Shown: in pieces, positions 46,458-54,474 of the stretch
Numbering within the stretch: position 1 is the stretch's first letter
Layout of the letters: each line of letters starts with the position of its first letter
Source of the DNA: an uncultured Chloroflexia bacterium
GTDB lineage: Bacteria > Chloroflexota > Limnocylindria > Limnocylindrales > CSP1-4
Assembly (NCBI GenBank): GCA_963713975.1
Contig: OY970218.1
Coordinates: 1,216,001-1,280,000 of the forward strand
Length of the DNA: 64,000 nt
Direction of reading: 5' to 3'
Position numbers and translations under genes: made by a program
Notes under the pieces: model-generated
The model's input: the letters and a program-made list of their open reading frames with translations, nothing else
Databases searched by the model: none
Told to the model about the DNA's origin: nothing

Positions 46458-48107
46458 TCATGGTCTCGCAGTGCCATGTACCGAGGCCTCGCGGATCAAG
46501 TCAGCCTCCGCCTGCTCGTCGGACAGGGGCTCGTAGGCCATCGCCTTGCAATACTCGTCGAAGCTCCAGCGGGCGAAGCTCGCGGCGAGGTAAGGGAACT
46601 GCTCGCTCGACTCCTCTGCGTACTCGGTGCGCGGGATCGCGTGCTGGTCGTGCAGCGGGTGGCGACAGCGCACGACGACGTAGTCCCCCAGAGCCGCCCA
46701 GTCGCCGTGCAGCGCGGAGCCCGCCGGGATCATGACCGAGTGGTACATGTCCTCCAGCCCAACCTCACGCGACATGTCAAGAAGTCCCTTGTCAGCGGCA
46801 AAGGTGCCCGCGGTGCTGATGTCCTGGAAGTCCTCGGAGACGCCGCGATTCACGTCCGCGCGCAGCTTCGGCAGGAGCCGCTCGAGGATCGCGTGCGGCT
46901 CCCCCTCGGTCCGACCGATAACCTCCTCCGTGTGGAGCATCAAGGCCTTGGTCCGCCCGCGACCGAAATTCTTGAACTCGTCCCAGATCGCCGGCCGCGA
47001 GCTCTCCACCGACAACATCCACTTCAGCTGCACGTAAGCTTCGAAGAGCGACCGGACGGACGGATAGCCGTGCTCCTCGGACCAGAGGGCCGGATGTGAC
47101 ACGAGATGGGCTGCGACCCTCAGAGCGCGCCAGACCACTCCCGTGAGGACGTCGTAGCGATCGTGGTTCCAGATGTCCGGGTCGATGTCGGCCGCCGCCC
47201 GCAGGAATTGGTAGTGCAGCCGGTACAGACGGGCAGCTCCCTGCGCGAGATGGTCCTGATCAGGGGGTGAAGCCTCGCCAGCCGGGACAGTGAGGCAGCG
47301 GAACAGGCGCCCGTTGGCGCGCCAGAACCGCTCGCACCACGCGCCGCCCGCTAGTGAGCCCTCGAGTTCTGCGGCCTGGAAGGAGAGGAACGACGCCCGG
47401 AGTGTCGTCTCGGCGAGCTTCCGCTCACCTTCGCTCACAGGGTTCTCGTAGTTGCGAAGCGCCTTGAAGCCGGGGTCGTCAGGGTGGAAGGAGATCCGCT
47501 GCGTCATGACCATGCCGCGGAGCCAAAGGTAGATGGCGTCGGTCGCGAGTTCCTGGTGCGAGTCGCCGCCGAGGCGCATCGTTTCCCAGAGGTGTTCCTC
47601 TGCTTCGACCAGGTCCGGCACGAGTCCGGCGTCGAAGTGGGGTTGGGCGAGCCATCGACCCGGCGCGTCGTCGTACGCGGCCAGGACGTGGGCGAGCGGC
47701 TCGGGCGAGATGGCGTCATAGATGCCAAGCCGCCTGAACTCGTCCACCAACTCGTTGCGCTCCCGGTCCGGGACACGCTCCCAGTCGGTCAGAAGGCCGT
47801 GGAAGACCGGCTCGCGGTCGCCGCCAAGCGCACCGCGTTCGTGGGCCCTATGGAAGGCGGCTTGCCCTGCATCCAGCGCCTGCGTCGTAGCGCCGCGGGC
47901 GAGGGGCCGGAGGCGAAGCATGGTCAGGAGCCACAGGAAGTCCGGAAAGGCAACCTTCCGGAATGGCCGCAAGGTGGGCGGGATCGGCAGATTGAGCATC
48001 GGCGGGACATGTCGCGTACCCAGCCGGTAGTGGCCGCGGAACGGAGACGGCCGGGATCCGCGATTCGACTTGCGCGAGTCCGCGTCCATCCCATCCATTT
48101 GGAACAT
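46458..48107 (-). CDS. DUF5677-like protein
   Basis: FPDFLWL; C-terminal VRSLFEAY...GSALHGDW pattern. Start uncertain. Confidence 0.6.
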   Translation of the reverse strand: MFQMDGMDADSRKSNRGSRPSPFRGHYRLGTRHVPPMLNLPIPPTLRPFRKVAFPDFLWLLTMLRLRPLARGATTQALDAGQAAFHRAHERGALGGDREPVFHGLLTDWERVPDRERNELVDEFRRLGIYDAISPEPLAHVLAAYDDAPGRWLAQPHFDAGLVPDLVEAEEHLWETMRLGGDSHQELATDAIYLWLRGMVMTQRISFHPDDPGFKALRNYENPVSEGERKLAETTLRASFLSFQAAELEGSLAGGAWCERFWRANGRLFRCLTVPAGEASPPDQDHLAQGAARLYRLHYQFLRAAADIDPDIWNHDRYDVLTGVVWRALRVAAHLVSHPALWSEEHGYPSVRSLFEAYVQLKWMLSVESSRPAIWDEFKNFGRGRTKALMLHTEEVIGRTEGEPHAILERLLPKLRADVNRGVSEDFQDISTAGTFAADKGLLDMSREVGLEDMYHSVMIPAGSALHGDWAALGDYVVVRCRHPLHDQHAIPRTEYAEESSEQFPYLAASFARWSFDEYCKAMAYEPLSDEQAEADLIREASVHGTARP

Positions 48108-48409
48108 GATGCCGTACGGGCCACCAAGGGCGAACGCGGGTGCCAGAGATCAGCGCAGCCGTGGCAAGGACGGCCATTGGCTGCTTGACGACCGCGAACA
48201 GCATGCCAGTAGTGCCGACGCACGCGAGTGCTTTGACAATGATCCAGAGGTATCCGATCAGGACCTACTTGTCCGTTGCGGCGCATCGTCAATCCAGCGA
48301 GGGTGGGTCAGCGCGGGCTCGGGCAGGGGGCGTTCAACTCGTACACCCAGGGTGACCCGGTGAGGCTCGTTGGCCAAAGGTGCCCCTCGTCCATCGGGAC
48401 TCTGCAAGG

Positions 48410-48464
48410 GTACACAAACACGTACACATATAGCATTGACCATGCTGCAGACCGAGCGCATCGT
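48410..48464 (+). promoter_or_regulatory. Promoter with tandem GTACACA boxes upstream of the RNA/ubiquitin-like operon
   Basis: GTACACAAACAC-GTACACATATAGCA-TTGACC-N17-CATCGT. Confidence 0.65.
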
Positions 48465-48470
48465 GCCCTT

Positions 48471-49080
48471 GGGCGACTGAGGCCAGTGGATGCGTACCTG
48501 AGTGCTTCAGTCGCCCGCCACGTTCGATGGTCGAACGGGCAGCGGGCTCCCCGGCACGAGCTCCCACGGCGGTTGCCGTGACCAGGCCAGCGCCGGCGTC
48601 GGGATCCTCTGGGATCTGCGGCGACTGAAGCACCTTACCAACCACATAGCGCTGCCAATCGCGCGCTCTTCGATGCGTGCGATCGCGCGAGGCGTGCCCG
48701 CCACCAGGGCGTGGGCGGAGTCCGACCGGGGGTCGGTCGTCGCGAGGAATTCTCCTCGACGATCCGCAACTCGGTCGTGTTCCGTCCTCGTTGGGCGCGG
48801 CACGACCGGTTTCGGTTCGTTCGGGCGTTGCTCGTCGACGGCTCGTCGTTCCTGGTCGGGACTCTCTCTCACGTTCGGGTGGCGGACGACATCCGCGCCG
48901 GAATGGAGGTGATGCCCCGAAGGGGTTCGATGACGTCGGCGGCCTGCGCGCCCGCCGGTGTTCGCAACTGTTGCGCACCAAAGGACAGGGGCCGATCCTC
49001 GCCGATCGCATCAAGACGGCAGGACGCCGCGCCTGCCTTCGTCTGCCCCGGTCCGCTTGTCATGCGGCGTTCGTTCCACA
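48471..49080 (+). ncRNA. Candidate large structured RNA or 5' leader
   Basis: Perfect 14-bp long-range stem (48502-48515 with 48620-48633), further closing stems and many hairpins; no convincing ORF. Confidence 0.5.
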
Positions 49081-49093
49081 TGGAGGTTTCACC

Positions 49094-49333
49094 GTGCAGA
49101 CGATGCAAGACGCCGAGACGACGAGGGTCGTGTACGGCGTCAACGAGCTCGAACTCGACCTGGCCGGCAAGACGGTCCACGGGATCTGGAAGGCCCTCGA
49201 ACAGGTCTTCAATATCCCGCGCGACGCGGTCATCACGGTCAACGGATCCCGGACCGACGACGAGTACGTCGTGCGCCCGGGCGACGAGATCGAATTCCAG
49301 AAGGCAGCCGGCGTGAAGGGCCAGGCGGTCTGA
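49094..49333 (+). CDS. Ubiquitin-like (ThiS/MoaD beta-grasp) protein with C-terminal extension
   Basis: GGAGG RBS; VITVNG...VVRPGDEIEFQKAAGVKG-QAV. Confidence 0.85.
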   Translation: MQTMQDAETTRVVYGVNELELDLAGKTVHGIWKALEQVFNIPRDAVITVNGSRTDDEYVVRPGDEIEFQKAAGVKGQAV

Positions 49334-49448
49334 CACGCGGGCTTCGGCCACACCTGCAGGGACTCCTGGGTCCGGCGACGCCCAAGCGGCGTGCCGGGCC
49401 CGGGGCCCTTTGGGTCACCGAAACGCCTCAGAAAGGAGCTCACGCAAC

Positions 49449-50219
49449 ATGCAGTCGCGCACGTACCTGCGCATCGAAGGCGATCTGGTGAGCCTGATCA
49501 GCGAGGTCATCGACCGTGAGGTCGCGCTTCCGGATCTCCTGGCCGAGCTCACCACCAACCAAGTTCAGCTGAGCCCGAGGCTGCCAACCGGCTGCCGCTT
49601 CTGGTTCCGTGCCGGGTCGACGGGCCGTACGGTCTTCGTCACCGAGCAGGCCCCGATGCGGCGGACGATCGAGTACCAGACGAGCCGGCGACCGGCGGGC
49701 GAGCCGATCACGTATCGGATCGCCCTGCCGTACGTCGTGTTCGTGGTCTCGACCTATGGCGAGCAGATCGAGGGCCTCGCGACCTACTTCCGACCGGCGC
49801 CCCTGCGCTCGATCGACGATGGGCTGTGCTGCTCGACCCTGCCGAACACGGACGACGATGGGACCGTCTGTCTCGGCTCGGTCAGGGTCAGCGGCGCCAC
49901 CGTTGGCGAACGCGTGGACGCCCTCGTCGGTGCGTTCTGGGCGAGTCGCTTCAATCAGGACCTGCGACGCCATCCGCTCTCGTTCCCCGGTGGCTTCCGG
50001 GCCTGGGCGGCTCGTTCGCGACGGGATCCCCTCGCGGCCCTCTCGATGGCCTACGACCCCTATTGGCGGACCCTCCGCCAGGTCACAGCGCAGATGGCCG
50101 GCGTGGCTCCCACGGACCTGCCGGCGGTCACGCCGATCCCCAGCGAGGCGCCCGAGACCGACGTCCGGACGCCAGACCCGGTGGTCGAGGGAGGTGAGGC
50201 AGATGACCTCGCTGCCTGA
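49449..50219 (+). CDS. Prokaryotic E2 family D (ubiquitin-conjugating-like) protein
   Basis: ALPYVVF, LPNTDDDGTVCLG (candidate catalytic Cys), FWASRFNQDL; AAGGAG RBS. Confidence 0.82.
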   Translation: MQSRTYLRIEGDLVSLISEVIDREVALPDLLAELTTNQVQLSPRLPTGCRFWFRAGSTGRTVFVTEQAPMRRTIEYQTSRRPAGEPITYRIALPYVVFVVSTYGEQIEGLATYFRPAPLRSIDDGLCCSTLPNTDDDGTVCLGSVRVSGATVGERVDALVGAFWASRFNQDLRRHPLSFPGGFRAWAARSRRDPLAALSMAYDPYWRTLRQVTAQMAGVAPTDLPAVTPIPSEAPETDVRTPDPVVEGGEADDLAA

Positions 50220-50466
50220 CACCATCCGGGGACTGCCGGTCGCCCGACCGAGCGATCTCGGGAGCCTGCTGGCGCCGCATCTCAGGGTCGCCGATCCTGA
50301 GAACCCGCTCGTCGGGCTCGAAGCGTCGGCCCTGGCGATCGCGGTGGCGATCCTCAAGGCATCCGGACGAGTCCTGCGCGAGGAGCTGACCCGCGAGCGA
50401 TCGCGGTCCCGCGAACTCGAGCACCTCGTCTACCGCCTGCCGGTGGCCGAGCGGGAGGGGGACTGA
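50203..50466 (+). CDS. Small helical protein within the ubiquitin-like operon
   Basis: 87 aa, GGAGGTGA RBS, overlaps the E2 stop and abuts the JAB start. Confidence 0.7.
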   Translation: MTSLPDTIRGLPVARPSDLGSLLAPHLRVADPENPLVGLEASALAIAVAILKASGRVLREELTRERSRSRELEHLVYRLPVAEREGD

Positions 50467-50467
50467 C

Positions 50468-51301
50468 ATGTTCCCGATCCTTCCTGCGGGCTCACCGGCG
50501 GCGGCCGACACCTCGCTGCCGGCCTTCCTCGTCGCCCATGACGGGCTGTATCTGCGCAAGCGGAGCCTGCTCGGTGTGAGCCAGACGAGGGTCAATGGGG
50601 CCGAGCATCTGCCCCCTGCGACGGAGTACGTCGAGTACGCGCTGCCGAGGATCTCAGCGGACCAGATGGCCCGCGTCGTCGGCTTCTTCCGCTCCATCTA
50701 CCGGGCGCAGCGGACCGAGGCGCTCGTCCTCCTGCTCTGGGCGGGCGAGGGCTTCGAGCTGTTCGTCCCGGACCAGAAGGTGAGCCCCGCCTCGGTGAGC
50801 CACACGCTCGACGCGGCGAGACTGCCGGCCGGATCCCGCGTCGTCGGGTCGATCCACTCTCACGGTGCCTTCGGCGCCCCGGCGAGTGCGATCGACGAAG
50901 ACGACGAGGCGGAGTTCGACGGGCTGCACATCGTCGTCGGGCGCTTCGATCGGCGTCCGTCCTATTCGGCGGCCATCGCCGTCGACGGACGCCGCTTCCG
51001 TATTCCAGTGGCCGATGTCCTGGAACGGCCCCGGAGGCTCGTCGAGCCGCCGGAGGAGTGGTGTCAGCGAGTGACACTCCTGCCGCCGCCGCGGCCGTCG
51101 AAGGACAAGGGCCACCGACCCTCGTCCACCGGCGCTCCGGTGCCGCTCCCTCATCGAGGGGCCCACCGGGTCAGCCGCGTCGATCTCGACGTGGCGCTCG
51201 CCCGGGCGGATGGCCTGGCCTCACAGCTTGGGCTCCACCTCAGCTTCTCGCTCGCCCCGGTCTCCGGGTCGGGTCGGAAGGTGGGTGGCGCCGATGCCTG
51301 A
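50468..51301 (+). CDS. JAB/JAMM metallopeptidase (Prok-JAB, PRTRC protein A-like)
   Basis: RTEALVLL plus SIHSHGAFGAPASAIDEDDE JAMM motif. Confidence 0.88.
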   Translation: MFPILPAGSPAAADTSLPAFLVAHDGLYLRKRSLLGVSQTRVNGAEHLPPATEYVEYALPRISADQMARVVGFFRSIYRAQRTEALVLLLWAGEGFELFVPDQKVSPASVSHTLDAARLPAGSRVVGSIHSHGAFGAPASAIDEDDEAEFDGLHIVVGRFDRRPSYSAAIAVDGRRFRIPVADVLERPRRLVEPPEEWCQRVTLLPPPRPSKDKGHRPSSTGAPVPLPHRGAHRVSRVDLDVALARADGLASQLGLHLSFSLAPVSGSGRKVGGADA

Positions 51302-51995
51302 CCGGGTCGTGCTCATCGGCCTCGGCGGCATCGGGAGCCAGCTCGCACCCTCGCTCGTCCGATACCTCTCATTCCGCCCGGAGCCGCGCCCGCTCCTGGT
51401 CCTCGTCGACGGTGACGCCTACGAGATCTCGAACCGGTCGCGGCAACTCTTCCCCGATGACGCCCTGGGCACGAACAAGGCCGAGGCCTTGGCCCAGGTG
51501 TTCCGCGGGGGTGGGCTTGCGGTCCAGGCGATCGCCGGGTACGTGAGCGCCGACAACGTCGGGCTCGTCGTCCGCGAAGGGGACGTCTGTCTCCTCGCGG
51601 TCGACAACCACCCGACGCGGGCGCTCGTCGACCGGCACATCGCCGCTCTTTCGGACGTGACGCTCATCAGCGGTGGCAACGACGAGACGGACGGCAACGT
51701 CCAGCTCGTCCGTCGCCGCGACGGGTACAGCGTCGATGGCCACCTGGTCGAGATCCACCCGGAGATCGGCCAGGCGGCAGGTGCAGACGTCATGCCGGGT
51801 ACCGGCTGTGCGGCCCTCGCGCCCATTCGGCCCCAGCTCGTCGTGACCAATCTGATGGTCGCAAGCGCGATGCTCAACTGCCTCTGGGCGGTCACCGAGC
51901 AGGGCAGCGTCCCCTACAGCGAGGTCTACCTCGACGTGGTCCATAACGCGGCGCGTAGCCGCAGCTGGCTCCGCGTCCAGGACGGCGCGCAGTAG
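51294..51995 (+). CDS. E1-like ThiF adenylyltransferase
   Basis: LIGLGGIG, VDGDAYEISNRSRQ, NKA, AVDNHPTR, ISGGN, GTGCAA (candidate catalytic Cys). Confidence 0.9.
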   Translation: MPDRVVLIGLGGIGSQLAPSLVRYLSFRPEPRPLLVLVDGDAYEISNRSRQLFPDDALGTNKAEALAQVFRGGGLAVQAIAGYVSADNVGLVVREGDVCLLAVDNHPTRALVDRHIAALSDVTLISGGNDETDGNVQLVRRRDGYSVDGHLVEIHPEIGQAAGADVMPGTGCAALAPIRPQLVVTNLMVASAMLNCLWAVTEQGSVPYSEVYLDVVHNAARSRSWLRVQDGAQ

Positions 51996-52239
51996 GGGAA
52001 TGTGGAGTCAACAGGTGCAATAGCCTGCCGGGGATGCGCCATGCGGCGCTCCCCGGCCGAACCATCTCTGCGGCTCGAAGTGCTGGAGCTGTGGTCAGGG
52101 CGTCTATGTGCGATCCGGCCCCGACGGCCTCCGCTACCTCCTCCAGGAGGTCGACCTGCCAGTCATCGAGGCTGCCTGGGCGGAGTCCAACGCCCGGGAC
52201 TAGACGCGCACCCACTCAGGCGCAGCTGACACTCCCGCC

Positions 52240-52764
52240 ATGACAGCGGCGACCATGTTCACGATCGGCTACCAGGGCTCGTCCCTAGAACACCTGATCG
52301 ACGCGCTCGCGGCCGCGGACGTCTCGGTGCTCGTGGACACCCGCGAGACGCCGATGAGCCGGCGGGCCGAGTTCCGACCCAAGATGCTCCAGGCGGCGCT
52401 CGCCGAGGCTGGCATTGAGTACCGCTCCATCCGAGCGCTCGGTGCGCCGAAGGCGCTGCGGGCTCTGGCGACGGACGACTGGGTCAGGTTCGCTGACGGC
52501 TACCGCGAGCGCCTACTCCTCGCCCGGGAAGAGCTCCATGACCTGGTGCCCCTGATCGAGACCGAGCGCGTCTGCCTGCTCTGCTTCGAGGCCGACCCCG
52601 AAGCCTGCCACCGGTCGCTGCTCGCCCATGAGATCCAGGGACTCCTGGACGAAGCCGCCGTCCATCACCTTCGGCCGGGGCGGCCGGACGAGGCCGATGA
52701 TCTCGAACGTGCGGCGCCGCTTGGCGAGGTTGCCAACCACGAAGTGCAGGTCGCGGGCCGGTAG
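52240..52764 (+). CDS. DUF488-family protein
   Basis: FTIGYQG, LVDTRETPMSR, CLLCFEADPEACHRSLLA. Confidence 0.88.
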   Translation: MTAATMFTIGYQGSSLEHLIDALAAADVSVLVDTRETPMSRRAEFRPKMLQAALAEAGIEYRSIRALGAPKALRALATDDWVRFADGYRERLLLAREELHDLVPLIETERVCLLCFEADPEACHRSLLAHEIQGLLDEAAVHHLRPGRPDEADDLERAAPLGEVANHEVQVAGR

Positions 52765-53448
52765 CTCGATCTCGTACCGCTCGCGAAGCTTCTCCTCCCA
52801 GCGGTCACCGTACTCGCGCACCCACCGGCGGTACGACTCGCCGATCTCCCAGTCGAGGATCCCGATCTCGTGGCCACGACAGCGGTCGTCGTTGCAGGTG
52901 AACTCGTAGGCGAACGACCACGGGATCTGCTCGAGGTCGGCGAGCTCGGCCAGCTCGGTCTCGCCCAGGCCAAGGCGTTGCTGGAGCAGCGCCGCGCGCT
53001 GGCGCTCACTCCACGGCTTCGCCTTCCGCTTCACGAGACGCGTGATCTCCTTTGGCCGGAACATGCCGAGGCTGGTCCCGTCTCGGCGCTGCGCTTCCTG
53101 GATCGCCTCGAGCGAGCGTGCCGGGGGCGGCAGCAGGGCCATCCGCCTTCGCCAGCCGCGGTCGCCAGCGGGCATCGGCCCGTCGAGGAGTGCGATCGTG
53201 TCTTGGTCGACATGGAGGCTCTCCGGGCGGTTGTCGCCGCGGGGTCGGCCGACGACACAGGTGATGACCTGGTACTTCGCGAACCTCTTGTCCGCGAGCC
53301 GGCGGAATGTGACCGGGTACATCCGCACCCACGACCGGGAGTCGAGGTCGACGCCAGCGCAGCAGACGGTCTCGACGTACGACTGGCTGGGGTTGGGATA
53401 CGTCTTGACAACGACCAGGATCCGCCGCTTCGGTGCCCCTGGAATCAC
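52513..53448 (-). CDS. Conserved hypothetical protein (dual-OB-like, DUF488-associated)
   Basis: VVKTYPNPSQSYVETVCCAG, WVRMYPVTFR, DNRPES, ILDWE; AGGAGGT RBS. Confidence 0.7.
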   Translation of the reverse strand: MIPGAPKRRILVVVKTYPNPSQSYVETVCCAGVDLDSRSWVRMYPVTFRRLADKRFAKYQVITCVVGRPRGDNRPESLHVDQDTIALLDGPMPAGDRGWRRRMALLPPPARSLEAIQEAQRRDGTSLGMFRPKEITRLVKRKAKPWSERQRAALLQQRLGLGETELAELADLEQIPWSFAYEFTCNDDRCRGHEIGILDWEIGESYRRWVREYGDRWEEKLRERYEIELPARDLHFVVGNLAKRRRTFEIIGLVRPPRPKVMDGGFVQESLDLMGEQRPVAGFGVGLEAEQADALGLDQGHQVMELFPGEE

Positions 53449-54143
53449 GCCCACCTCCTATCGACGGTGCGAGCCACCATGGGCTCCAGAGTAGGGCCGC
53501 CGGCGGCCGCTCTGCCTCGAGATCGATCCAGCGAGCACCTTCGCTCGGAACTGGTCGTCGCGTCGAAGACGCTTGATGAAGCAACGGCCGCGACGTGCTC
53601 GGCAAGTTGCCGCCGTCGATCCGCCAGGATGGCGTCCGCCTGAGCTGATCCAGCCTGGGGATCGTCGCGCAGATGTACAGGCACAGGCGCGAACATGCGA
53701 TCCATGATCAGCCCGCCGCGCTCGGCGTCCGCTCCTGACGCCGGCCCATTGTGCTCCTCGGCCATGCTGAAGTTGGACGCGCCCGCAGGTGCTGCGCAGG
53801 TTCTCCATCGCAGTGGAATCTCCTGCGATGTGGTCGATTTCGGGCGCGGGATCTCCGCAGATCACGCACCTGTGCTCGTCCCGGCTGAAGACCTGTTCCC
53901 GGATCGTTGCAGGCCCCGGCGCTGGGTCTCGTGGTAGCCGCCGGCGAGGATGTGGGCGAGCCTCCTCCGCCAGGCATCCTCGATCCTCGGATCCGCTAGC
54001 CAGCGGCCGTCGGCGATGGTGGCGCGCGCATAGCGAATCAGCTTGACCGTCTGGCGGCACGCGGGCGAGCAGTAGAGCTTGGCCCGGCCCGTGAGCTCGA
54101 TCGGCGCACCGCACTCGACGCACTCGACGACGACCGGTCGCAT
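53445..54143 (-). pseudogene. HNH endonuclease with N-terminal Zn finger, two compensating frameshifts
   Basis: CVECG...YCSPACR, then (shift near 53914) VFSRDEHRCVICG...EIDHI...NLRSTC, then (shift near 53780) NFSMAEE... ending in a GTGA overlap with the next gene. Confidence 0.7.
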
Positions 54144-54474
54144 GAGGTCGTCCACGACCGTGATCACTCGAGCGTCGAGTCCTGGTTCCACGTGCTCATA
54201 GTCGCGGACCACGGACGAGGCGGAAAGGGCGCGGAAGTACCAACGCGCCGACGGCGCCGGAGAGACATCCCGCAGAGGCACGGCGCGGAAGCGCGCGCAA
54301 TCTTCCTCACCTCCTGCCCCCTGTCAAGGGACAGGTGAATCTGGACGGAGACGGTCACGAGATCTGGACGCTGGCGGACGCCGGAGCTGGACGCTGGCGG
54401 CCATGAGAACTGGACACCGTCCGTTCTCTCTCCCTCGGTGACGCTGAGTGGAGTCGCGCTGCGTCCAGCGGGCG

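Noticed and set aside
48677-49093. Long N-terminal extension of the Ubl ORF and other ORFs in 48.3-49.1 kb
   Set aside because: Arg/Gly/Pro-rich, non-protein-like translations; a strong GGAGG RBS places the start at 49094.
49328-49425. Hammerhead ribozyme (CTGA...GAAAC)
   Set aside because: The core reads CTGACAC rather than CTGANGA, and the required stems are not evident.
49094-51995. Thiamine or molybdopterin biosynthesis (ThiS/ThiF, MoaD/MoeB)
   Set aside because: An E2-D and a JAB are present, there are no thiG/moaE genes, and the Ubl ends in KG-QAV rather than GG.
54322-54420. Repeated CTGGAC(G) units (also near 56960-57053 and 14640-14732) as an array or iterons
   Set aside because: Explained as IS21 subterminal transposase-binding repeats.
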